Positions 8,820-16,646 of a DNA stretch of 32,000 nt are shown piece by piece. The translations under genes were made by a program, and so were the position numbers. This DNA is from Crocosphaera subtropica ATCC 51142 (GTDB lineage: Bacteria; Cyanobacteriota; Cyanobacteriia; Cyanobacteriales; Microcystaceae), in contig NC_010546.1 in NCBI RefSeq assembly GCF_000017845.1, positions 2,820,001 to 2,852,000 on the forward strand, given 5' to 3'. Each line of letters opens with the position of its first letter. Position 1 is the stretch's first letter. A model generated the notes under the pieces. That model had not been told where the DNA came from. It saw nothing but the letters and a program-made list of their open reading frames with translations, and ran no database searches.

Positions 8820-8964
8820 ATCTTGCACCAGGACAGAAAAACTCAATAACCAAGGACAGAGAATCAATTCTTAAGGAGTTACCGTCAAAATAAACTCTGT
8901 TTCCTGTCTTGAGTGTTTCCTGTTCCCTCCCTAAAGGAGCTTCGTTTGAGCGAAGGTGCAAGAT
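8820..8964. repeat. 145-bp three-tier fold-back (MITE-like or structured 3'-UTR element)
   Basis: Terminal 10-bp inverted repeat ATCTTGCACC (8820-8829) / GGTGCAAGAT (8955-8964). Inner imperfect stems 8830-8846/8909-8926 and 8854-8861/8895-8904. Its 3' 42 nt recur at 25332-25373. Confidence 0.6.
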
Positions 8965-8969
8965 GTGAG

Positions 8970-9575
8970 TTAAAATTGATTTTCAACTATTAAGTCATTC
9001 AAAGGCAATTGTCCAGGTTTTGGCCAAGGTTCTTTAGCTTTTTTCCCAATAGCTACCATAGGACCGATTACAAAATCATTAGGTAAGTTAATGAGTTTAG
9101 AAACTTGTTCAATATCAAAACCAATCATGGGACAAGAATCATAACCCATTGCTTTAGCTGCTAACATCAAAGTTTGCATTGCCATACCAATTGATCGTTG
9201 TGCTTCATCTCGTTGTAACCATTCTCGTCCTTGATGAAAAGGACCCATCCAATTAACTAATAAATCAGCCACGTCTTGGGGTGCATTTTGCCAATAACGT
9301 TGGGGTTCTTTTTTCCAAGCTTTTGTATCGGCTGTAAATAAAATGAGCAAAGAAGCATCAGTCATTTGTGCTTGATCATTACCAAATTCTTTGCGGATTT
9401 TTTGGCGTAAGTCTGGATCTCGTAGAACAACAAAACGCCAATGTTGAATATTAAAACTGGTGGGAGATTGAATGGTTGCCTCAAGCAGTTTTTGTTCTTC
9501 TTCAGGGGTTATTTTATAGTTAGGATCGAACCCTTTAACCGAACGACGTTCATAAATTGCCTTGAAAGTATCCAT
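8970..9575 (-). CDS. Nitroreductase-family flavoprotein
   Basis: N-terminal IYERRSVKGFDP motif, QHWRFVV, about 200 aa, typical nitroreductase fold pattern. Confidence 0.8.
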   Translation of the reverse strand: MDTFKAIYERRSVKGFDPNYKITPEEEQKLLEATIQSPTSFNIQHWRFVVLRDPDLRQKIRKEFGNDQAQMTDASLLILFTADTKAWKKEPQRYWQNAPQDVADLLVNWMGPFHQGREWLQRDEAQRSIGMAMQTLMLAAKAMGYDSCPMIGFDIEQVSKLINLPNDFVIGPMVAIGKKAKEPWPKPGQLPLNDLIVENQF

Positions 9576-9625
9576 TGAAAATCCTCTTAATCGATTGAAA
9601 ACGAATGATTATCTCTTGTTACTGG

Positions 9626-10327
9626 TTAAACTAAATCAAACAGTAAGAGTTCAGTATTATTACTTGTAGCAGTAATCTCAATTAATGACTCTTGAGTAAT
9701 GGCAGCACCATCCCCATTGTTGAGATTTTGTCCATTAATTTGTACTGAACCTTTGGCAATTTGAAGCCATAAAAAATGATTAATCTGACTGCTATATTTG
9801 AATGAATCCCCTTCATTCAAAACAGCAATATAAAGATCCGTATCTTGATGAATTTTGACAGAATTATTTCTGGCATCACCCGAAGCAACTAAAGTTAATT
9901 TTCCTTGATTTTGGGACAAAGGAAAATGTTTTTGTTCATAGCTTGGTTCAATTCCTTTTGTCTCAGGAATAATCCAAATTTGTAGTAAGTGAACCGGGTC
10001 AGTTTTTGAAGGATTAAACTCGCTGTGAGCAATACCAGTTCCAGCAGACATCCGTTGTACATCCCCTGGACGAATAATGGAACTGTGACCAATACTATCT
10101 TTATGCTCTAATGCGCCATCTAACACATAGGTAATAATTTCCATGTCTCTGTGGCCGTGAGTACCAAACCCTTGGCCAGCTTCGATTTTATCTTCATTAA
10201 TCACCCGTAGATGACCAAATCCCATATAATTTGGGTCGTAGTAGCTACCAAAGGAAAAAGTATGTTTACTATCGAGCCAACCAAAATTGGCTTTACCCCT
10301 TGCTTGACTTTGACGAACAGTAATCAT
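9626..10327 (-). CDS. Pirin-family bicupin protein
   Basis: [51 protein letters not shown] is the pirin metal-binding cupin signature. Family-typical N-terminus [12 protein letters not shown] use the ATG at 10327 because the 53-codon extension in the ORF track has no family resemblance. Confidence 0.85.
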   Translation of the reverse strand: MITVRQSQARGKANFGWLDSKHTFSFGSYYDPNYMGFGHLRVINEDKIEAGQGFGTHGHRDMEIITYVLDGALEHKDSIGHSSIIRPGDVQRMSAGTGIAHSEFNPSKTDPVHLLQIWIIPETKGIEPSYEQKHFPLSQNQGKLTLVASGDARNNSVKIHQDTDLYIAVLNEGDSFKYSSQINHFLWLQIAKGSVQINGQNLNNGDGAAITQESLIEITATSNNTELLLFDLV

Positions 10328-10559
10328 AATTTTTACCGCTCTTTTCGGTGAAAATTGACTAACGGTCAGAGCAGGTTCGGCACACAGAGTGCCATCAACT
10401 GGTGAACCCGAAGGTTGGAATAATCTCTGACTGTTTTTATTATGAATTGTTTTTAAATAAAAGACAATATAGAATTTAGATGACAAATTGTATCTAAATG
10501 ATTGACAATAAAAAATAAGTATCTAAAAAAGACACAAAAAATCTGCCTAATTAATTTTG

Positions 10560-10700
10560 AGACTCCCTGGGTTAAAACCGCAGGGATTCTAGAGGTTATC
10601 TAAACAGGGGATAAATCCACCTGTTTAGACATTACTCTAGTTAGGGGGACTCCCATTGACCCCATCCTTTAAACCGTCTGCATCCATTACAAATACAGTT
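10560..10700 (-). ncRNA. Putative omega RNA (reRNA) scaffold / right-end region of the tnpB element
   Basis: On the minus strand, the tnpB stop lies inside a 6+10 bp extended hairpin: CTAGAG..TCTAAACAGG-11 nt-CCTGTTTAGA..CTCTAG (10589-10640). A second hairpin follows: TCCCTG-11 nt-CAGGGA (10564-10586). The position matches where TnpB guide RNAs are encoded. Extent and ends are not determinable by eye. Confidence 0.35.
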
Positions 10701-11830
10701 TTCTGAAGGCCTAAAGGACATGAAAAACCTAGCCATTGACCTATGTTTTGACTAGCATTCCAATCACTATTACATTGATAACCATCAAATCCTCTAAACC
10801 AATGTCCATTTCTTTTCCCAATTACACCGTTTCTGTGGTCTGATTTAGAGGTATAAGGTGCTGGTATTAGTTCAAAAGGAACACCACTTTTAATGGCTTT
10901 ATAACGAGTTAGTGTTTCTAACTGGAAATATGACCAAGTATGGCGACTATTTCCTGCATCAGACCTTATTTTTCTAGATTGTTTTGAAGTTTCTCTAATG
11001 TTAGATAAATCTTCAAATCTTAATCCCATACCATAGTCTTTAGCAAACTGAACTAACTGCTTAGAAATGCAATGATTGATATAGGTTATAATGCGTCTTT
11101 CTTTAGATTCTAGACGTTTAATTACCTTGCGCTTATTAGCCTTTTGAAGTTGTTTTCTAAGTTTTTGATAACGTCGTCTTAAATGTTTAATTTGACGACC
11201 ATTCCAAAACTTTCCAAACCCATTAGGCAAACTAGCAACAGCAATTTGATTCTGTCCTCTATCTACTCCAATCCAATTTTTAACTGGTTCAGCATCAGGA
11301 ACGTCCATTGACACTGATAACAAAACATACCAGATACCTTGTCTTGAGTGCGTCTTACATTTGCCGTGCGACGGTAAATTACGCACTCGCTTTTTAGATT
11401 TCCATAACTTAAGGCTTCCTTTCTTGGCTTCTCTTACTATGATTTTATCTAAAGTATCAGCATGACTAGATTGATGAATAGCTAAAGGAATACGCTTTTT
11501 AACTCCTCTGATAATTGAGAAGGCAACTGAATAAGTGTTACCTTTTTTCTCAATTCGCCACCCTTGATTGTTAACCTCAAGGGGCAAACATTTAAACTTC
11601 TTAACTTTTGTTGCAGTACAACTATTCCGAATAGTTTGATTAATCCAACCTGAACCAATTTCAACATGGTTGAAATCTTTACTGGTGTATTTTCTTCTAT
11701 CCGTTTTAGGTATTTCTAATAGTTGATTAGCAATACCTGTATTTAACTCAGTTAGTCGGTCAAATTCTTGTGCTTTGCACTGATTTAACCGATAAAAAGG
11801 AAGTTTAAGTGTCAGAGTTAAAATAGCCAT
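10637..11830 (-). CDS. tnpB: TnpB-like RNA-guided endonuclease (IS605 OrfB family), 397 aa
   Basis: Family-typical N-terminus MAILTLTLKLPFYRLN. RuvC-I IGVDRGQNQIAVAS, RuvC-II GLRFEDLSNI, YTS...NSDWNASQNIG RuvC-III. ATG at 11830; the listed 36-codon extension is unlikely. Confidence 0.85.
   Translation of the reverse strand: MAILTLTLKLPFYRLNQCKAQEFDRLTELNTGIANQLLEIPKTDRRKYTSKDFNHVEIGSGWINQTIRNSCTATKVKKFKCLPLEVNNQGWRIEKKGNTYSVAFSIIRGVKKRIPLAIHQSSHADTLDKIIVREAKKGSLKLWKSKKRVRNLPSHGKCKTHSRQGIWYVLLSVSMDVPDAEPVKNWIGVDRGQNQIAVASLPNGFGKFWNGRQIKHLRRRYQKLRKQLQKANKRKVIKRLESKERRIITYINHCISKQLVQFAKDYGMGLRFEDLSNIRETSKQSRKIRSDAGNSRHTWSYFQLETLTRYKAIKSGVPFELIPAPYTSKSDHRNGVIGKRNGHWFRGFDGYQCNSDWNASQNIGQWLGFSCPLGLQKTVFVMDADGLKDGVNGSPPN
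11346..11388. repeat. Two-tier hairpin inside the tnpB coding sequence (copy A of a 3-member family)
   Basis: GAGTGCGT-cttac-ATTTGCCGT-GCG-ACGGTAAAT-t-ACGCACTC. The core 11359-11379 is 19/21 identical to copy C when read on the opposite strand. Confidence 0.75.
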
Positions 11831-11894
11831 GAATCTATCATAGCATATATCTTGCATAACCGTGCAAGATATTATACAATTGGTTAAAACAAGG

Positions 11895-11930
11895 GGCTGT
11901 GTCTGCCGTCGCACGGCAGACTTTATAAGC
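11895..11930. repeat. Two-tier hairpin upstream of tnpB (copy B)
   Basis: GGCT-gt-GTCTGCCGT-CGC-ACGGCAGAC-tttata-AGCC, with a perfect 9-bp inner stem at 11901-11921. Confidence 0.75.
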
Positions 11931-11956
11931 CTCGTCAATCGAGTCGCTTTTCATGA

Positions 11957-11998
11957 GGACGCGGATTTGTCGTCGCACGGCAAATCATCTGAGCGTCC
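11957..11998. repeat. Two-tier hairpin upstream of tnpB (copy C)
   Basis: GGACGC-g-GATTTGTCGT-CGC-ACGGCAAATC-atctga-GCGTCC. The inner stem has 10 bp including one G:T pair. Confidence 0.75.
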
Positions 11999-12056
11999 GT
12001 CCATCCCTTGAAAGATAATGGCTTTTATGCTCCCGTCTTATTGAGGTAAAATTTAA

Positions 12057-12473
12057 CTATTTATGACGGGAATAATCATCTTGGAAACGAATAATATCAT
12101 CTTCTCCTAAATATTCGCCATTTTGAACTTCAATAAGGATAAGTTTAATCACCCCTGGATTTTCCAGACGATGGGAGGTACACTGAGGGACGTAGGTAGA
12201 TTGATTAGCTCCTAAAATTTCTTCTTTATCTCCACAAGTTACCTTAGCAGTACCAGAAACAACGATCCAGTGTTCGCTGCGGTGGTGGTGCATTTGGAGG
12301 CTAAGACGATGACCGGGATTCACTTCAATACGTTTGATCTTATAACCAGGTCCTTCTTCTAGGGTTGTAAAAGAACCCCAAGGACGCATTTCCGTTGCTG
12401 CCACTCCGGTATGAGCAACAGAAAAAGGAATAGCAGCAACATCACTTTTTTTATTTTCTTTAGCTTGAACCAT
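12057..12473 (-). CDS. Cupin protein resembling the C-terminal domain of type II phosphomannose isomerase
   Basis: RPWGSF..L......YKIKRI.V.PG..LSLQMHHHRSEHWIVVSGTA.V matches the ManC/PMI type II C-terminal cupin signature. The protein is stand-alone at 138 aa. Confidence 0.75.
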   Translation of the reverse strand: MVQAKENKKSDVAAIPFSVAHTGVAATEMRPWGSFTTLEEGPGYKIKRIEVNPGHRLSLQMHHHRSEHWIVVSGTAKVTCGDKEEILGANQSTYVPQCTSHRLENPGVIKLILIEVQNGEYLGEDDIIRFQDDYSRHK

Positions 12474-12601
12474 AATATCCTCTAACTATACAAAAGCTAA
12501 ATTTAAAAAGACTAAACCAACTGTGCAACACCATAGCACAAATTATTAAAAATGGCTGTGATCTGACGAAATTTCTACTACGTTAAAACGTTAAAGAAAT
12601 A

Positions 12602-13810
12602 TTACAACAAAAGTCCCGCAATACAAGCAGTCATAAAGCAAGCTAGTGATCCGGCTATCATGGTTCTTAGTCCTAATTTAGCCAAGTCTGGTTGACGGTT
12701 AGGAGCGATCGCACTAATTCCTCCTATTTGAATACCAATGGTTCCTAAGTTAGAAAAGCCACATAAGGCGTAGGTAGCAATAATTTGACTTCGTGGTGAA
12801 ATAGTTTGATTATCTATTAAGGTTTTGAGATCAAGGTAAGCAATAAATTCATTTAAAATCGTTTTTTTGCCTAGTAAAATTCCTACTTGTAAGCAATCTT
12901 GCCAAGGAATGCCCATTAACCAAGCAACGGGGGCAAGTATATAAGAAAACATTAATTCTAGGGATAGATTTGATAGTCCAAAAAGTTGACCGATAGCTGC
13001 CAAAATACCATTTAATAAAGCAACTAATGCTAAAATAGCGATTAACATTGCTCCCACATTTACGGCTAATTTTAAACCTTCTAATGCCCCATTTGTTCCT
13101 GCATCAATGGCATTTGTATAGGGACTTTTTGTATTAATCATCACTTCATTCTTCGTTTCTGATTTGTCAGTTTCTGGATACATGATTTTGGAGATAGCTA
13201 AGGCAGCCGGTGCAGACATCACTGAAGCAGAAATTAAATGAGTTGGAGAAATCCCTATAGCAATATAAGCCGCCATAACTCCGCCGGCAATGGTAGCAAA
13301 TCCTCCTGTCATAATAGCGTGTAATTCTGATAAAGTAACCGATTGTATATAGGGTTTAATGATTAAAGGGGCTTCTGTACAACCGACGAAAATATTAGAG
13401 GCACAACTTAGGGTTTCTACCCCAGATGTTTTCATAGTACCCATCATTATCCAACTGATAAAATTAATCAGACGGGGCAAAATTCCATAATGGTAGAGTA
13501 TGGCAATAAATGAGGCAAAAAAGATAATAGTCGGTAAAACTTTAAAAGCTATAAAATGGTCTTCAAACCCATCTCCAAAAACAAATTTTGCTCCCACATC
13601 AGAATAATCTAAAAAGGTTTTCACCCTATTCCCTAACCATTGGAAAATAGCAAATCCTATAGAAGTTTTTAGGATAAAAATGGCTAAAATAAACTGTAAT
13701 CCCAATCCCCAGGCAACGGTAGTCCACCGAATAGCTAACCGTTCATAAGATATCACATAAGCAAATCCTAGAAAAAAAATCAACCCCAATAAAGATATAA
13801 AATGCTCCAT
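12602..13810 (-). CDS. NupC/CNT-family concentrative nucleoside transporter
   Basis: About 400 aa and polytopic. The N-terminal ISLLGLIFFLGFAYVIS..R..I.W..V.WGLGLQFILAIFILKT pattern and the C-terminal half resemble CNT family members. Confidence 0.75.
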   Translation of the reverse strand: MEHFISLLGLIFFLGFAYVISYERLAIRWTTVAWGLGLQFILAIFILKTSIGFAIFQWLGNRVKTFLDYSDVGAKFVFGDGFEDHFIAFKVLPTIIFFASFIAILYHYGILPRLINFISWIMMGTMKTSGVETLSCASNIFVGCTEAPLIIKPYIQSVTLSELHAIMTGGFATIAGGVMAAYIAIGISPTHLISASVMSAPAALAISKIMYPETDKSETKNEVMINTKSPYTNAIDAGTNGALEGLKLAVNVGAMLIAILALVALLNGILAAIGQLFGLSNLSLELMFSYILAPVAWLMGIPWQDCLQVGILLGKKTILNEFIAYLDLKTLIDNQTISPRSQIIATYALCGFSNLGTIGIQIGGISAIAPNRQPDLAKLGLRTMIAGSLACFMTACIAGLLL

Positions 13811-13843
13811 AATTTCTAAAGTTACAATAATTTTTTTGAATCT

Positions 13844-14218
13844 TTAAAAAATATCTTCAAATAAACCCTGATTATTTTTACATAAATAGATAATTTTTTC
13901 AACGGCATCCAGATTAATTACTCCATACACATGGGGGAATTTTTCAGTATTATTAATTTTATGATCAATATTAGGATTAGGATGAATAGGAGATTCCCAT
14001 TTTATTTTTGATAATAATTTATCAGGAGCAATTTGCAGAATAATTAATTGCTCATAATGACGATAAAAGGTATTAGCAATATTAATAATTTGAGATTGTC
14101 TTGAACAGTGAATAAATCCTTCTGTTTCTAGAGACTCGCATTTATATTCATTATTTAGTTTTGCTTTTTCCCAATTTTCAGAAGTGGTAATATGAAAGAT
14201 CATTAAGTAGTCAAACAT
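13844..14218 (-). CDS. DUF952-family protein
   Basis: IFHITT...W......Y.C.SL..EGFIHCS is the characteristic DUF952 N-terminal pattern. It lies 33 bp upstream of the nucleoside transporter. Confidence 0.55.
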   Translation of the reverse strand: MFDYLMIFHITTSENWEKAKLNNEYKCESLETEGFIHCSRQSQIINIANTFYRHYEQLIILQIAPDKLLSKIKWESPIHPNPNIDHKINNTEKFPHVYGVINLDAVEKIIYLCKNNQGLFEDIF

Positions 14219-14332
14219 TAATAAAACAGCCTATATAAACGTTTATAAAAGAAGCTTTAACCATACTCTTACCCCCTGCTTCATCTCAACTGTAACCTTT
14301 ATTTTTGTCTAGGGACTTAGCTTGTTCAATTG

Positions 14333-16393
14333 TTAATTTTCAGTGGATAAAGAAGCTTGATATCTTACTTCTTGGTGAGGAACCCCGATAGGAATTCCTA
14401 CTGCTTCAAAAGCTTCTTTTACCCTTAATCTATACTCTCTTCCCACAGCCCATTGTTGCATCGCTTGGGTTTTAATCCAAACCTGAATTAAAATACCATG
14501 ATGGGAAACATTATCAACTCCCAAAATAGCAGCAGGTTCAATAATTTTATCTTTCCATATGGGATCATTTTGCATTTCTTCACTGACTTGACTAATCACA
14601 TTTAATGCTTTTCTAACATCAGCATCATAAGCAATTTCTATTTTAAATTCCACCCGTGACCAATCTTTTGTTAAATTTTCAACAATGGAAATTTTACTGT
14701 TAGGAATAGTGACTAAACGGCCTTCTGCTCCTCTAATTTGTGTTATGTAAATATTCATATTTTCTACAAAACCCCCTACACCTCCCACTTGAATAACATC
14801 CCCAATGGCATATCGATCTGTCCATAAAATGAGAATGCCATTCAGCATATCTTCTACTACATTTCGAGATAGAAAGGCAAATACAAAAGCCACACCCCCA
14901 ACACTGGCTAATACCGCTAAATCAATGCCTAATAGCATAACGGTGACAATAATGCCGATGGCAATAAAGAGAAAAGTGGTACCACTTTTGAGGGCGTTAG
15001 AATAGGTACTAACCCTTAACGTATAACGATTAGAATTCGGATTAACCAATTGTGCATTTTTTGCCCATCTATTTAGATAATAGTCGATTAATAAATTACT
15101 CAACTTATTAGCAATTCCCACAGACATCCAAATTAAGGGAATGGTGAGAGATTGTCCCAAGAAGAAATAACTATAGCGTCGAGTTTCTGGAAATACCAAG
15201 ACAATTAAAGCCCCTGTTAATAAAATTAAAAATATTTGTATCCAAAACAATAATCCTAACAGTAATTGAGCAATATTTTGCTGCCGTTTGATGATGGCTT
15301 GCTGTTTGAGATATAAATGGGAAAAATTCTGACTAATATTTTGAACAGTATTATCGACAACTTTTTTAGCTCTAAAAATAACTTTTTCAGGATTTTTGAT
15401 AGCTTTTTTAAAAAGAGATAATATATTTGTTTTATTTCCTTTTTCTCCAGATTCGGTGTCTTGCTTATTAGTATGATAGTTTTCCCCATTATCTAAATTA
15501 TCAGATACAGACAATTCTTCGGTTGTTAATCCTTCTGCATCCACAGCTAATGATTTTTCTAAGTCTCGTAGTTGATGACTAAGATGGCGATTCCAAGTGT
15601 TCAGGATGTATCTAATTATCCAGAGTATTATGATCGGGATAGAGATCAGAAGAACAATGGCAACAGCAATTAATAATCGAGCAAACGGATAATATTGATC
15701 AATTTCATAAGCCCAAAGTGCCTCATTGAGACTTTCAAGAATTAAAAAACGCCATTCTTTAGCAATATTTTCAATGGATTGTCCATAATGAAGACTATCA
15801 GCCCTATTAATAGTAACAATGGTTTGTCCTGATAACCCTAAGTCAAGTTGTTCTGGTACATAAACCACCGTTTGATCATTTCTGATGCCAACTTCAATTT
15901 TTGGTGTGACAGGATGTTGTCCTAAATTATCCCTAACAAAAAATAAATCTTTCCAGTTACCAATATCACTAATGATTGCCTTAACTTTATCCTTTTGTAC
16001 CGTTGATTCTGACTGACGAACTCGATCATAAATGGAATCATAAATTCTCTGAACTTCTTTCGCCCTATCCTCCACAGCAAAAGCAGCATTGTTAGGATTT
16101 TCCAGTGCCGTCGGATCAACAGCAACTTGAAACAGTTTATCTAAACCCCCTAACAAATGAACCGTACTACACCACAATCGTCCACAAGGTTCTGCTTTGT
16201 TGGGGTCCCACCAAGGGGTTTGGGTTTGGGTTTTGATCGATGTGTTGGTTGATGAAGTAGCCAAGGGAAACTGCCCCACCGCCACAGGAGTCAAGGTAAT
16301 GATTAAAATAAAGGTGATCAACCCTAAAATAACAGTCCGTAGAATCTTTTGTTTCGCCATAGGAAACCAAGTCGAAAAAGTTTCTCTACTCAT
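14333..16393 (-). CDS. MscS-family mechanosensitive channel with a large N-terminal extension
   Basis: C-terminal MscS core LSRNVVEDMLNGILILWTDRYAIGDVIQVGGVGGFVENMNIYITQIRGAEGRLVTIPNSKI, preceded by multiple TM helices and a signal-anchor-like N-terminus. Confidence 0.8.
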   Translation of the reverse strand: MSRETFSTWFPMAKQKILRTVILGLITFILIITLTPVAVGQFPLATSSTNTSIKTQTQTPWWDPNKAEPCGRLWCSTVHLLGGLDKLFQVAVDPTALENPNNAAFAVEDRAKEVQRIYDSIYDRVRQSESTVQKDKVKAIISDIGNWKDLFFVRDNLGQHPVTPKIEVGIRNDQTVVYVPEQLDLGLSGQTIVTINRADSLHYGQSIENIAKEWRFLILESLNEALWAYEIDQYYPFARLLIAVAIVLLISIPIIILWIIRYILNTWNRHLSHQLRDLEKSLAVDAEGLTTEELSVSDNLDNGENYHTNKQDTESGEKGNKTNILSLFKKAIKNPEKVIFRAKKVVDNTVQNISQNFSHLYLKQQAIIKRQQNIAQLLLGLLFWIQIFLILLTGALIVLVFPETRRYSYFFLGQSLTIPLIWMSVGIANKLSNLLIDYYLNRWAKNAQLVNPNSNRYTLRVSTYSNALKSGTTFLFIAIGIIVTVMLLGIDLAVLASVGGVAFVFAFLSRNVVEDMLNGILILWTDRYAIGDVIQVGGVGGFVENMNIYITQIRGAEGRLVTIPNSKISIVENLTKDWSRVEFKIEIAYDADVRKALNVISQVSEEMQNDPIWKDKIIEPAAILGVDNVSHHGILIQVWIKTQAMQQWAVGREYRLRVKEAFEAVGIPIGVPHQEVRYQASLSTEN

Positions 16394-16646
16394 AGAAAAA
16401 AGCCATTAATTACAATAGATAAACAGTAATTTTTAAAAGCTATACTAGATTATAGACTTCCAGGTTCAGTTTAACGATTAATTGCAAGCTCCTAGCAAGA
16501 TGCTATTGTTATGAAGCTGTTTGTTATGATATCATGACAATTAAGTCAATATAGATTAAAAATAGTAACTTTGTTTTAATTACTCATCCTAATAAATCTT
16601 TTTAACCCCTTTAATTCTCCTTGGTAATTCGATTCTTGTTATTGCA

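Larger units (their letters stand above)
10470..12040 (-). mobile_element. IS200/IS605-family (IS1341-like) element carrying only tnpB; boundaries approximate
   Basis: The tnpB ORF has structured subterminal hairpins on both sides: 10475-10640 downstream and 11895-11998 upstream. No Y1 or serine tnpA ORF is adjacent. The element sits between the pirin start and the cupin stop. Confidence 0.55.

Noticed and set aside
8758-8961. 67-aa minus-strand ORF (TTG start) in the 475-bp intergenic gap
   Set aside because: It starts inside the dispersed 42-nt repeat and runs through the fold-back element, has a non-ATG start and has no recognisable motif. Most likely it is a by-product of the repeat.
9895-10092. 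65-aa minus-strand ORF
   Set aside because: It is an alternative frame nested in the pirin gene.
10328-10486. 53-codon N-terminal extension of pirin in the ORF track
   Set aside because: Pirin-family proteins begin near MITVRQ. The extension runs through a structured GC-rich leader and has no family resemblance.
11482-11667. 61-aa minus-strand ORF
   Set aside because: It is an alternative frame nested in tnpB.
11831-11938. 36-codon N-terminal extension of tnpB in the ORF track
   Set aside because: TnpB proteins typically begin with the MAILTLTLKL-type motif at the ATG at 11830. The extension runs through the left-end hairpin at 11901-11921.
10470-12056. Search for a tnpA (Y1 or serine recombinase) partner, and the idea that this is a nuclease-dead TldR-like repressor
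   Set aside because: There is no additional ORF of suitable size or motif (for example HUH plus Tyr) on either strand within or next to the element. The RuvC D, E and D residues all appear present, so I have no basis for calling it nuclease-dead.
14805-16409. Five short ORFs (14805-15005 +, 15256-15489 -, 15922-16125 -, 16167-16370 -, 16197-16409 +)
   Set aside because: All are nested in or antisense to the 686-aa MscS-family gene, and their translations are low-complexity.
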